From Octopus sinensis (Eukaryota), in NCBI RefSeq assembly GCF_006345805.1, contig NC_042997.1, positions 186,744,001 to 186,808,000 on the forward strand: DNA of 64,000 nucleotides, written 5' to 3'. The notes under the pieces were generated by a model. The model was not told the origin of the DNA and did no database searches. It worked only from the letters and a program-made list of their open reading frames with translations. The position numbers were made by a program, and so were the translations under genes. Positions 25,340 through 38,460 of the stretch are shown here, in pieces. How positions within the stretch are numbered: position 1 is the first letter of the stretch; the number at the start of each line of letters is the position of its first letter.

Positions 25340-26359
25340 AATTGTTATAATGTAAATATTTAATATTTTTCGATGTTAGGATCCTACTAGGCATGTTACT
25401 GATCAGATGACAAATATTCTCTTGCGGAATATCTTGCCAAGTTTCATGCAGTAATCTCAAAAGATCTGGCTTTGAAGATGATTTCTTTGTTCTTTTTATG
25501 AAGTGTCCTGTCCATTATGTCTCACAGCTGTTCAATAGGGTTCATATCTGGTGACTGGCTCGGCCATGGAAGCTTTTTAATGCCATTCCCATCCAACAAA
25601 TCTTGGATCATTTAAGCCATGTGGCAAGGAGCCCCATTTTCTATAAATAGAGAGTCTTCTTTGTTCATTTCACTACTGGAGAAGATTGGAAGGAGTCCTT
25701 TCTGCAATATAGACCCATAGTTATCTGAGTTTATGTTTCCCTCACACTCCATCAGCTCTGATCAATCATTGCTCCAAATTGCTCCCCAGACTTCACAGAA
25801 TAGCTGCTGTGTTTCAATGCTAGTTGCAATCTTTTCACATCAAATTCTTGATCACAGAGTCTCCAGAACCATACTCGACCACTGTCATGAAATACAGCAA
25901 ATCTGGACTCATTAGAGAATATGACAGTGTCCCAAAATGCTAGTGGCCTCTCCACCATCTCACTGGCCTAATCTTTTCTCCGCTTGATGTTGGCTGGTCA
26001 AAGAAGTGGCTTCCTCCTTGTTGCTCTACCATAGAAATCAAGTTTGTAGAGATACCCGACAGCTATTCTGGGACTGACATCAACTTGTTCTGCTATGTCA
26101 GTCATCTTGCAACGAAGATTATCCTCCACACTTCTCTCAGCAAAGAGAAGGGTCCTGTCAGAGGGCCCTGGTTGATCTGGACGAGGTGATGTGGACTCCT
26201 TCCCTCTCTGGTGAATTGAACAATCATTCTTTTAACTGTAGAAAGTGGGATCCCAACGTTTTCTGCAATTTTACACTTACTATATCCACCTTCATAATGA
26301 CCCACAATACAGCCTCTTTGAAATTCAGATAGTTCCAAGGCTTCTTTTGTACATGGCAT
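25340..26359 (-). pseudogene. Tc1-family transposase relic
   Basis: N-terminal [11 protein letters not shown]...[12 protein letters not shown]-like segment and WDTVIFSNESRF (first catalytic D region); many stops and frameshifts. Confidence 0.85.
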
Positions 26360-27354
26360 GATTAAACAGTCACATATAGAATCTGAAACATAAAAATGTC
26401 AATTAATAAAAAGTATATAAACCTTTACAAGTTAGAATAACCATAAAACAGTGTTTTATGGAGTGTCTATTTAGCTCTGTCATGTCTGTCTGTATATTCT
26501 TTTATTTGTTTCAGTCATTTTGATTATGGCCATGCTGGAGCACCGCCTTTTAGTTGAAGAAATTGACCCCTGGACTAATTCTTTGAAAGCCTGGTTCTAT
26601 TAGTTCCTTTGCAAAGTTATGGGGACGTAAACACACCAACATCAGTTGTCAAGGTATAGTGGAGGGACAAACACAGACACAAGATCACAAATATATACAT
26701 ATATATGTATATATATACAACAGGCTTCTTTCAGTTTTCATCTACCAAATCTACTCACAAGGTTTTGGTCAGCCCGAGGCTATAACAGAAAACACTTGTC
26801 CAAGGTGCCACATAGTCAAACTGAACTGGGAACACAGACACGCCTACACCTATATATATATATATATGTTTACAGTGAAACATTCCACACATAATTTTAT
26901 GTCTGAACATTCTCTTATGTTAAAAATAAATTAATTATAACAAAGTTCCACTTACTTTACAAAAATCCTCAAAATTCTTGATTATTTTCAGAATTAATTG
27001 AAACAGGTACATAAGGTTAAAACATTGATAACATGATTACACTTTGCATTTTTTTAGATAAGATGCAACACAATAAAGATAATGTGAAAATAGTTAGACC
27101 CTGTATCCATCCATCCTTTCCATTTAAGGAAAGGTTCGGTATAACTTGTCAATTACATATGGCATTCAGAAATTAGTGTCAAGAGAGATGCATGTCTGGG
27201 TGTGAGGTTTAGAAGCTTACTTTGTAACCATGTAGTTCTAGGTTCCGTTCCACACTGCAACTTCTTGGTCAAATGTCGTCTATTATAGCCCCAGGCTGAC
27301 CAATGTCATATGAGTGGATTTGGTAGATGGAAACTATGTGGAAGCTTATTGTAT

Positions 27355-27595
27355 ATGTACATACATACATACATACATACATACATACATACATACATAC
27401 ATACATACATACATGCATGCATGCATACATAATGCATACATACATGCATACATACATACATACATGCATACATACATACATATATACATGTATGTTTGTG
27501 TGTATGTATGTATGTCTGTATGCATGCATGTATGTATGTATATGTGTGTGTTTATGTATGTATGTGTGTATATGCATGTATGTATGTAAACATGC
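27355..27595. repeat. (CATA)n followed by inverted (TATG)n microsatellite
   Basis: Direct observation. Confidence 0.9.
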
Positions 27596-27620
27596 AAATT
27601 TGTATGTTTTGTTTTATGTA

Positions 27621-28176
27621 CAAGGGTGAGTCAAAAAGTAATGCCATTTTGTTTAGGACAGGTATAATTACCAACACAGGAACATGTATCATACATCAAA
27701 ATGAAGCTGGTCCTCTGTGGATCACATCCCTACTTCTCAACATAGTCACCATTTCTCTCAATAGCAGTGTTCCCTCTTCAAATGAGAGCATGTATCCCTG
27801 CCCTGTAAAATTCTCTTGACTGTTCTTTGAGCCACTTCTTCCCTACCTCCACACTCACCAGATTTATTGCTTTCAGACTACCATCTCTTCAGCGCCACAA
27901 AAGAGGATTTGAGAAGCAAACATTATTCCAGTGATGTGAAAGTGAAAACTGTAGTGAAGAAGTGGCTCAAAGAACAGTCAACAGAATTTTTTGAGGCAGG
28001 GATACATGCTCTCATTCGAAGGTGGAACATTGCTATTGAGAGAAATGGTGACTATGTTGAGAAGTAGGGATGTGATCCACAGAGGACCAGCTTCATTTTT
28101 ATGCATGATACATGTTCCTGTGCTGGTAATTATACCTGTCCTAAACAAAACGGCATTACTTTTTGACTCACCCTCG
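27621..28176. mobile_element. Mariner-derived palindromic MITE with TA TSD
   Basis: Arms 27621-27841 and 27956-28176 are inverted repeats. The interior encodes the mariner C-terminus SDYHLF...KKWLKEQSTEFFEAGIHALIRRWNIAIERNGDYVEK. TA lies on both sides. Confidence 0.9.
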
Positions 28177-28225
28177 TATGTCTTCTCATGCATATAGTTG
28201 CATGTCTAGACATCCTCATATATAC

Positions 28226-28610
28226 TTAAATAATAAACTTTTGGAAAGTTTTACAGATTTTTACAGTTCCAATGATGGCTTGGATCTGTAATTTTTGAAT
28301 CAGCTTTCTCTTTTCTGGTTTCGAGAAGCTGAATTTCTCAAGACTGGTATTTAGGCAGTGTGGTACATATCCCAGGGCCCCAATAATTACGGGTATAAAC
28401 CTGGACTTGTGATTTGGATAGAGTAACTGCAGACTTCTCAATAGTTCAGCATAGGTATTCTCTTTTCCACTGATCTCCAGCTTTATTTTAACATCCACTA
28501 GGCAGCTGATTTCCATAGCTGTCCACAGTTTCTCTTCTATATCCAAAATCATTATATCAGGTCTGTTGTGCTTACATTTTATTGAAGTTTTCACTGGAAG
28601 ATTCCATCAT
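28226..28610 (-). pseudogene. C-terminal restriction-like endonuclease fragment of an R4/Dong-type non-LTR retrotransposon
   Basis: HNRPDIMILD...EISC..D...KENTYAEL...FIPVIIGALG pattern typical of PD-(D/E)xK domains of early-branching LINEs. Confidence 0.8.
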
Positions 28611-28838
28611 GTATGTATGTGTATGTATGTATGTATGTATGTATAGGCTCATTAGCCACCAACGGAGCCACAAATGCAAAATATAAGTTAGTCCTAGAGC
28701 ACACAATGTCCCTGAAGGTTGGCAATGGTCTTCCTCGGTCATGAGTGGATGGCCATCATCATGTATGTATGTATGTATGTATGTGTGTATGTATGTATGT
28801 GTGTGTGTATGTGTGTGTGTAAGTACGTATTATGTATG

Positions 28839-28869
<31 letters not shown>

Positions 28870-29249
28870 GTGTGTGTGTATGTATGAGTGTGTGTGTATG
28901 TATGTATGTATGTATGTATGTATGTATGTGTGTGTGTATGCATGAGTGTGTGTATAGATGTTTCTATGTATAGAAATGTGTGTGTCTTTGTGTCTGTGTT
29001 TATCCTTCCTCTTCCACGACAGCTTGACAAGTGTTGGTTTATTTACATTCCTGTAACTTAGTGGTTTGGTAAAAGCAAATGATAGAACAAACACCTGACT
29101 GACTAATTAAATACTGGGGCTGGTCTGTTTGACTAAACATTTCAAGGTACTGCCCCAGCATGGGCTCAGTCTAATGACTGAAGCAAGTAAAATGTAAATG
29201 AGAAAAAATTCCTTCGGTCACTGTTTCCTTCTTCATCACTCAAGAAAAT

Positions 29250-29835
29250 GTCCATCTGATGGTGCAGGCATTGACAAATGACTGAGGCCTTTGGCGATAT
29301 GCTGTGCTTGAGAAGACCAATCAAGCCAAGTGAAGTCACAGTTGTGGCCAATGCCAGTGTCATGTAACTGGCTCTTATACCAGTGGCACAAAAAAAGGTC
29401 CCTTCAAACATTGGGTGATATGATGTGCATGAGATGACCTACCAAGCCAAATGAATCATAGTCATGACCAATGCCAGTGGCATGATCATTACCAGCGTCG
29501 CCTTACTGGCACTTGTGTAGGTGGCACGGGAAAAAATATTCGAGCAAGGTCGTTGCCAGTGCCACTGGACTGGCTCCTGTGCAGGTGGCATGTAAAAAAA
29601 CACCACTTAAGCGTGGCCATTGCCAGTACTGCTTGACTGGGCCCTCATGCCGGTGGCATGTAAAAGCACCCACGACACTCTTGGAGTGGTTGGCATTAGG
29701 AAAGGCATCCGGTTGTAGAAACTCTGCCAGATCAAGATTTTAGCCTGGTGCAGCCATCTGGTTCACTAGTCCTCAGTCAAATAGTCCAACCCATGCTAGC
29801 ATGGAAAGTGGATGTTAAACAATGATGATGATGAG
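29250..29835 (+). mobile_element. RTE LINE 3' fragment with (GAT)n tail
   Basis: Similar to the 3'UTR of the 8889-11145 element. Confidence 0.8.
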
Positions 29836-29849
29836 ATATAGATATAGAT

Positions 29850-30085
29850 AAGGTGGCGAGCTAGCAGAAACGTTAGCACGCCAGGCGAAATGCTTAGCAG
29901 TATTTCGTCTGCCGCTACGTTCTGAGTTCAAATTCCGCCAAGGTCAACTTTGCCTTTCATCCTTTCGGGGTCGATAAATTAAGTTCCAAATATGCACTGG
30001 GGTCGATATAATTGACTTAATCCGTTTGTCTGTCCTTGTTTGTCCTCTCTGTGTTTAGCCCCTTGTGGGTAGTAAAGAAATAGGT
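29850..30085 (+). mobile_element. SINE family A
   Basis: Full-length match to 14171-14402. Confidence 0.88.
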
Positions 30086-30099
30086 ATAGATATATGTAT

Positions 30100-30665
30100 A
30101 TACTCTTTACTCTTTTACTCTTTTACTTGTTTCAGTCATTTGACTGCGGCCATGCTGGAGCACCACCTTTTAGTCGAGCAAATCGACCCCGGGACTTATT
30201 CTTTGTAAGCCCAGTACTTATTTTATTGGTCTCTTTTGCCGAACCGCTAAGTAAAGGGGATGTAAACACACCAGCATCGGTTGTCAAGCAATGCTAGGGG
30301 GACAAACACAGACACACAAACACATACACACACACAGTGGTTGGCGTTAGGAAGGGCATCCAGCTGTAGAAACATTGCCAGATTAGACTGGAGCCTGGTG
30401 CAGCCTTCTGGCTTCCCAGAACCCCGGTCGAACCGTCCAACCCATGCTAGCATGGAGAACGGACGTTAAACGACGATGATGATGATGATGATACATATTT
30501 ACGACAGGCTTCTTTCAGTTTCCGTCTACCAAATCCACTCACAAGGCATTGGTCGGCCCGGGGCTATAGCAGAAGACACTTGCCCAAGATGCCACACAGT
30601 GGGACTGAACCCGGAACCATGTGATTGGTTAGCAAGCTACTTACCACACAGCCACTCCTGCACCT
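30100..30665 (-). mobile_element. SINE family B containing an antisense RTE 3' fragment (30336-30490)
   Basis: SINE tail and head flank an RTE 3'UTR end with (GAT)n. Confidence 0.85.
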
Positions 30666-30759
30666 ATATATATATATATATATATATATACTCTTTGACT
30701 GCTATTTCTAAATTCGGTGTGTTGGTGAGGCAATTCGTTGCTAAACCCTTAATTACTTA

Positions 30760-30800
<41 letters not shown>

Positions 30801-31280
30801 GATATATTTACTGTAAAAGCATCACTATACAAGTGTTAGATTAAACATTTATTGCCATACTTGTTGCCTATTCGGTCAAATAGTTATGTCAAGTATGGAG
30901 TGAGCACTCTTGTAAAAAAAAGAACTGAAAAAGTGAGTCACGAGTGGTTAATAACTTCCCTTTATAAATACCATCAAATAACTTGGAAATATACAGAGAT
31001 AAAAGAAAAAACAAAAAGCAGAGAAGAAAGAAAGAAAGAAAGAAAGAAAAGAAGAAAATAACAGGTTAGAAGAAAATAGATCTGAAGAGGATATAATAGT
31101 ATTGTTGTTATTGTTTCTGTTGCTTTTCTTTCTGAAAGACTACCAAACGAATAACGTTTTGTTTTCTCAGTTGAAATTTGTTTGAACAACATTTGGAAGA
31201 GCGTATAAAGTAATTCTTATGGTTTCCATGTGCAAATACTTAAAACCGACTGTGTGTCTGTCTGTAGCTGTGTGATTTAC

Positions 31281-31356
31281 CTTGTACAAGAGGCCATCTA
31301 GTATATCTCATTACCAGATATTTTATTGGCACAAACTGTGGCCTTGCTGCACCCCT
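31281..31356 (-). CDS. Candidate 76-nt coding exon
   Basis: ag|AGG...CAAG|gtaaat; only open frame on this strand is RGAARPQFVPIKYLVMRYTRWPLVQ; phase-compatible with 34358-34427. The antisense frame is also open. Confidence 0.3.
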
Positions 31357-31942
31357 CTTATATCACATAGATATTAACAGAACAAATACTAACAACAAAT
31401 ATCTCTGTGTTACCCAATAAAGAAGCAGTTTGTTTACTTATTAGACAACATGTTCTGAGTCTAAACCAACAACTTATCTTCTAACGAAGCAATTTATTTA
31501 TGCGGCAAGACAGCAAGATAAAACAATATCTTCTCTTACAACCACCTGAAATATAATCAGTGAATTGTTTATAAAATCATTCATAGCATATTTGTTATAT
31601 GACAGCATTTTTATTTCCTTCCATCTCTTCTCGCTAGAAACCATTTCACAGAGTTGAACAAGTAAAGGTTGATTCGAGGTCATTTTGTTAGCAAGGTGAT
31701 AGTCAGTTGAAGTAAATCATGCAGTTGATGTGAAGGTTTTGAGTTCAAATGTAGTCATGGCTAATTTAGCCTTTTCAACTATTCAAGATGGATCAAATAT
31801 TATATAACAAACACTTGCAGACTGGTTGGTGGGGATTACAGTGGCTGAATTTATGTTATGTATATTGAGATAATGAGGTCTTCACAAGCATTTTATTTAT
31901 TATTCTGCCACCCTAGAATTAAATCTTTCTCTGAACATTATG

Positions 31943-32365
31943 GGATCTTTTCGGTTTGAACGGCAGTTTTTGAAAATAATTTCCACGTAACTAAACACTT
32001 TTAAACTTCGTATACTGGTAGAATGTGTTTATAAAACATCTTTTTCTCTTGGCTTTATTGAGAAAATTCTATAGTTTGTAAGATATTTGTTGTTGTTTTT
32101 TTCTACAATTTCTGCAATTTCAACCAATCAATGACGTCTATTGAGGTAAAAAAAAACATTCTGTGCTGTATGAACATGTCCCTCGTTTAAGAAACAGATT
32201 GGGTTTATTTACATTTGGGAAGAAAAAAAGATACCCTTCCCCCCACCCCTAACCCTAACCCTAACCCTAAAACAGATGCATTAGATCGATACTAGGGTCA
32301 TAATTATGGGTGACAATTTCATATGACACTGCTAGAAAAAACTGCCGTTCAAACCGAAAAAATCC
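31943..32365. mobile_element. MITE with ~29-bp TIRs containing (CCCTAA)4
   Basis: GGATCTTTTCGGTTTGAACGGCAGTTTTT ... AAAAACTGCCGTTCAAACCGAAAAAATCC; telomere-type repeats at 32247-32270. Confidence 0.8.
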
Positions 32366-32399
32366 ATATTATGTAATGCAACAATGTTTCTTTCTAATT

Positions 32400-33330
32400 T
32401 TGACACAAGGCCAGCAATTTTGAGAACAAGCAGCAAGTCGATTACATCAACTCCGTACTTATTTTATCGATCCTGAAAGGATCAAAGGCTAAGTGAACCT
32501 AAGTGGAATTTGAACTCAAATCATAAAAACTGGAAGAATTACCACTATTCATTTTGTTTGATGTTCTAACAATTTTGCAAGTTTGTCATATTATGCAGTG
32601 CAACAATAATCCTTTCTACTATAGACACAAGACCTGAAATTTTGGTAGGAGGGGATAAGTCGATTACATCAACCCCAGTGCATAACTGGTAATATTTCAG
32701 TGACCTCAAAAGGGTGAAAGGCAAAGTTGACCTTGGCGGAATTCAAACTCAGAATGTGCAGACAGACAAAATACTATTAAGCATTTTGTCCAGCATGCTA
32801 ACAATTCTTATTTCTTTATTGCCCAGAAGGGGCTAAACATAGAGGGGACAAACAAGGACAGACAAAGGGATTAAGTCGATTACCTCCACCCCAATGCATA
32901 ACTGGTACTTATTTAATCGACCCCGAAAGGATGAAAGGCAAAGTCAACCTCGGTGGAATTTGAACTAGGAACGTAGCGGCAGACGAAATACTTATTTCTT
33001 TACTACCCACAAGGGGCTAAACACAGAGAGGACAAACAAGGACAGACAAAGGGATTAAGACAATTATATCGACCCCAGGGCATAACTGGTACTTATTTAA
33101 TCGACCCTGAAAGGATGAAAGGCAAAGTCGACCTCAGCAGAATTTGAACTCAGAGCGTAGCGGCAGACGAAATACCGGTAAGCATTTCGCCTGGCGTGCT
33201 AATGATTCTGCCAGCTCGCTGCCTTAAAAAGTTGACCATGGCATAATTTGAACTCAGAACACAGCATCAAGCGAAATACTGCTAAGCATCTCCTCCAGCA
33301 TGCTAACAATTCTGCCAGCTCATCACCTCA
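32400..33330 (-). mobile_element. Head-to-tail cluster of 4-5 partial or complete SINE A copies
   Basis: Core GAAAGG(A/G)TGAAAGGC(A/T)AAGT recurs near 32475, 32710, 32925 and 33110. Confidence 0.8.
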
Positions 33331-34357
33331 TGCAGTACAACAATAATACAAACAACAGGTTTAAAATCTGTTATTGTGTTTGATGCAGACAGGTTTTCTA
33401 TTCAGAGGATGTGGTGACCTTCTAGAATCAAAAAAAATAAGTAGTTAAAAAATGAAATTTGTGTTATAAAAATGAAGAGTAAATTAAGATAAATTAGTTA
33501 ATTTTCAAACTATAATTATTTTTATATAAGAGCATAACTGAGAAGAATTTGTAGAGATGCCTGCTGTACAAAACATTAATAGAAAAGGAGCAGGTATAAC
33601 TGTGTGTAAAAAGTTTGCTTCTGTGTAGCACCTTGGGTAAGTGCCATCTACTTTTTAACCCCAGGTTGAGCAAAGCCCTGTGAGAGGATTTGGTAAATGG
33701 AATCTGAAATAAGATCATCAAATATATATGTGTGTATATGTATGTGAGCATATCTTTGTGTCAGCGTCTGTACACCCACCACTTGTGAACTTGTACTGGT
33801 TTGTTTATGTCCCTGTAACTTTGTGGTTCAGCAAAAGAGCTCTATAGAATAAGTACTAGATTTCAAAAAAAAAAAATAGGTACTGGAGTTGATTAGTTTG
33901 ATGAAAACCCTTCACAGTGGTGCTCCAGTATGGCTGAAGACCAATGACTGAAACAAGTAAGAGATAAAAGATAAAAGCAAAATACGTATTCAGATTGTAA
34001 TTAAATTTACATAACTCTTTCATTGATGAGAAAACATCATCATCATTATCTTAATAAATAACTCTGGTCAAGAAATCAGGGGAGACAACCCTGGAAATTC
34101 AATTAATCCAAATTAATTGAATATATAGAATGTACTGTAAAATAAGTTTAGTTACATGCTATTTGGTTATCGTAGTGCTGGATTTGGTACTGTGCCAAAA
34201 CTATAAATATTCAATAATTTTGCATGGAATAAGAACATGGAGAGACATGGAAGTTTCAAAAATTTTCAGCTGATTGCATCTTTTGGGCAAGCATTAAAAT
34301 TTCCTTGTAATCTAAAGCATCACAAACTAATACAATAAAACTGTTATTCACACTCAC

Positions 34358-34427
34358 ATATTTTATCTGATCAACATAAGACGACTTGGTAACAATACCA
34401 GTGAATGCTGAAATGGCTTCACTGCAG
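34358..34427 (-). CDS. Candidate 70-nt coding exon
   Basis: Polypyrimidine acceptor tctactttacatcttag, donor gtgagt, frame CSEAISAFTGIVTKSSYVDQIKY. Confidence 0.35.
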
Positions 34428-34934
34428 CTAAGATGTAAAGTAGAAGATGGATTTGAGATACAGTTTTGAAATCTTTAATTCTTTGCTGTTATCTTCTGTT
34501 TCTGATTGATAAAATAGCTAACTGTATTGTAGAACATCATGTATTATAGTGCATGCTACTTGCTCTGGGCTAATCTCCATTGTTTACATTTGAATGGAGG
34601 TCAGGACAAAAATAAATTTGCATATTTAGGGAGCTCATCAATAAATATAGGCACCAAGGAAGCATCTAAAAGATCACCTGGTGGAAATAACAGCCCAAAC
34701 CTCCCTTACATTACTCCTTACAATCTTGTAAGAGGAGATACACTCTGAATTAAGCAGTCCAAGCTAGACAATGCCCATAAGAAAGACTGGATGGTTATAG
34801 CTACAATAGCTTTGATCATAAGTCTTCTCAGTCAGATTAGTTCTATGACTAAGGGAAAATATGGGAAATCAGATCTGGCTGGTTTGAACATAAAACAGAT
34901 AGAATATCTGGACCTCTAATGGCATGTTTGTGAA

Positions 34935-35350
34935 GGCACATGGCCTAGTGGTTAGAGCAGCGGACTCACGGTCGAGGGATTGTGGGTTCAAATTCCTGAC
35001 CGGGCGATGTGTGTGTTTATGAGCAAAAACACCTAAGCTCCACGCGGCTCCAGCAGAAGGTAATGGTGAACTTCTGCTGACTCTTTCACCACAACTTTCT
35101 CTCACTCTTTTCTCCTGCATCTTGCAGCTCACCTGTGATGGACTAGCATCCTGTCCCGGTGGGGAACCTATATGCCAATGAAACTGGGAAACTGGCCATT
35201 ATGAAGGAACAAACAACACAATACAACAAGCAATAACACACTCTTGGACTGGTTGTTGATAGGACAGACCGGTGTCCCATCCAGGTGGGGACCCTATACG
35301 CCAAGGAAACCGAGAAACCGGCCCTAATGAACCAGGGATGGCTTGACAAG
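34935..35350 (+). mobile_element. SINE family D plus duplicated 3' part
   Basis: GGCACATGGCCTAGTGGTTAGAGCAGCGGAC...GGGTTCAAATTCC. Confidence 0.8.
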
Positions 35351-36191
35351 GAACAAACAAAACAACGGCCTGTTTAAACGCTAAAATGTTAAGGTACAAG
35401 TTGAAAGAGATTTGGCTGCTATTTCTAGCTGGCCTAGCAACTTTATTGAAGTGCATTAGGTGGTGATCTTTGTTACAATGCTGGTGTTAGGTTCTTTGTT
35501 GCTGCTGCTGCTGCTGCTGCTGTTGCTGTTGTTACTATTGCTGTTGTTTAGCTCATGACCAACCTGGCTTTACCAGAGACATTCCAGCTGTGACAAACCT
35601 GTCTTTTTGCACACACACACACACACATACACACATATATACATTTTTCTTCTTTTATTCTTTTACTTCTTTCAGTCATTTGACTGTGGTCATGCTGGAG
35701 CACCGCTTTTGGTTAAACAAATTGACCCTAGGACTTCTTTCTTGAGCTTAGTACTTATTCTATCTGTCTCTTATGCAAAACATATAGACATGCGTATGTG
35801 GGTGCATTACAAACGTGTGTATAAATATACATATACAGTTACACACATACACACACCCATATATGTGTGTGTGTGTGTGTGTGTGTGTAATTTATATACA
35901 TATTATAAAGGCACATACATATTCATGTACATGTATATGTACATACATTCAGACATATAAGTGCATGTAGACACACCCACAGGAATGTATGTCAATATAT
36001 AGACACGTGTGTGTATGTATACATGTTCAGGTACACATATATATACACACACTCACACACACAATATACATATATGTATATATATATAAAAAGTAAAAAG
36101 TAAAAGAGTCAAAGGGAAGAGTAAGTATGGTTAAGCAGTTTTTTAATCGCTACAATGTATATATATATATATTATATATATATATATACGT

Positions 36192-36433
36192 ATACTCTTT
36201 TACTCTTTTATTTGTTTCAGTCATTACACTGTGGCCAAGCTGGACCACCACCTTTAGGCGAATAAATCGATCCCAGGACTTATTCTTTGTAAGTCTAGTA
36301 CTTATTCTATCAGTCTCTTTTGCTGAACCGCTAACTTACAGGGGACATAACACACCAGCATTGGTTGTCAAGCGATGTTGGGGAGGCAAACACAGACACA
36401 CAAACATATACACATACATACACACACACACAT

Positions 36434-36492
<59 letters not shown>

Positions 36493-36652
36493 CGACGGGC
36501 TTCTTTCAGTTTCTGTCTACCAAATCCACTCACAAGGCTTTGGTTGGCCTGAGGCTATAGTAGAAGACACTTGCCCAAGGTGCCATGCAGTGGGACTGAA
36601 CCTGGAACCATGTGGTTGGAAAGCTAGCTACTTACCACACAGCCACTCCTAC
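36192..36652 (-). mobile_element. SINE family B
   Basis: Canonical layout with internal (CA)n(TA)n. Confidence 0.85.
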
Positions 36653-37339
36653 ATGTATATATACACACACACACATGTATGTATGGTTAACAGTGTTTCT
36701 ACCAAATCAAAGAACACAGAGAAAGTTCCCACATATTCTTGGAAACACGCTGATAGCGAATACGAATTTCCGTTTTCTACAATCATTTTGACGCCACCAT
36801 AATTTTTACTTTTTATTTTATCTCACTTCTGTTATTTCTTTGTTAGTCTTCAAGACCAAACTGGACCAGATCACACTAACCCTCAAATAATATTTCCAAA
36901 ATTAAATTATTCAGTAATATTCTTCATTAAATCAACAACAACAATAACACAAGAATGGGTTTTCTGTCCCTTAAACTCCCTCCGTCTTGATAAGAGTGTT
37001 AAAAATAAATAAGGAATCACAGTTCTGCTTAAATATTCTCCACAAAAGAGTCTGTTGTTTACCAAATCAAACCAAGAAAATGTAGCAGAGATAAATAGAA
37101 ACAGGACAGAGTTCTTTGGAAGGGTTATCTAAGACCAACTATTTTAAGGAGTGCAAAGAGATATGGCTTAGATTGCAATTTTTGTGTTGTTCTTGTTTCA
37201 TGTTGCTGATGAAGATAATGCTGTTGTTGTTGACATTTTTTGAAAATATATTTCTTTTTGCTTTTTTTTTTTCCATATTTTCGGAAAGAGCAGTCTCGTC
37301 ATGATGGCTGAAACTGATAGAATACTTTATGAATGACAA

Positions 37340-37377
37340 GCATCATTGTAATGGTGGTGATGATGATGATGATGATA

Positions 37378-37409
<32 letters not shown>

Positions 37410-37452
37410 GATGGTGGTGGTGGTGATGATGATGATGATGATGATGTTGATA

Positions 37453-37485
<33 letters not shown>

Positions 37486-37811
37486 CTGATGATGATGATG
37501 ATGATGATGATTTTGATGGTGGTGGTGGTGGTGTGATGATGATGATGATGATGATGTTGATGATGATGATGATGATAGTGGTGGTGGTGGTGGCGGTGGT
37601 GCGATGATCATGATGATCGTGATGATCTTGATGATCGTGATGATGACAATGATGATGATGACAACAACAACAGCAACATCTTTGACAAGGAAGAGGAGGA
37701 TGGTAATAAGGATCTTGATAACAGTAATGATGACAATTGCAATTATAATGATGATGATGAGGATGATAATGACGATGACGACGATGATGACGATGATGAT
37801 GGTGGTGGTGG

Positions 37812-37858
<47 letters not shown>

Positions 37859-37950
37859 GATGATGATGATTATGACGACGATGATGATGATGATGACGAT
37901 GATGATGATTGATGATGATGACGATGATGACGATAACGATGATGATGACA
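37340..37950. repeat. (GAT/GGT)n compound microsatellite
   Basis: Direct observation. Confidence 0.95.
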
Positions 37951-38084
37951 TTATTGCCAATGGAAACGATAATGCTGTAAATGATTACAATGCAAAGGAC
38001 ATGAGAAATCAGAGTGAGCAGAACAATTTAAACAGAACTGCTGTTCCCACCACCACCACCACCACCACCACCCTTGCCACTGTG

Positions 38085-38229
38085 CATTTGATGGATATTT
38101 GTCCTCATCATGTTGTTAACACAACATTTTAGCTGATATACCTTCCAGCCTTCTTCAGGTGTTTTAGGTAAATTTTTCGAACCTGGATTCTCATTCCTAA
38201 GGTATTTTTCAATGTTATTATTATTATCC

Positions 38230-38264
<35 letters not shown>

Positions 38265-38291
38265 GTTATTATTATTATTATTATTATTATA

Positions 38292-38324
<33 letters not shown>

Positions 38325-38460
38325 ATTATTATTATTATTATCATTATTATTATTATTATTATTGAGTGAGAGAGCAGTGCATTCCATAAAAGCGACACTG
38401 GGGTAAAATGTACGAAGCCCAGTATACCCTTCATGGCTACCCGTCTGATAAGGGTACACT
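38085..38460 (-). mobile_element. Repeat with an (AAT)n linker and the hammerhead-like module also found at 53790-53990
   Basis: Minus strand AACAC-CTGAAGA-AGGCTG...CAGCT-AAAATGTT-GTGTT at 38163-38118 (decayed core). Confidence 0.65.

Noticed and set aside
25277-26470. Tc1 terminal inverted repeats (TAGACAC...)
   Set aside because: Only about 7 bp match, too weak to define element ends.
34935-35010. tRNA genes (also heads at 20790, 21610, 23362, 53712)
   Set aside because: A/B boxes are present but there is no closed acceptor stem, and each continues into a SINE body, so they are tRNA-derived SINE heads.
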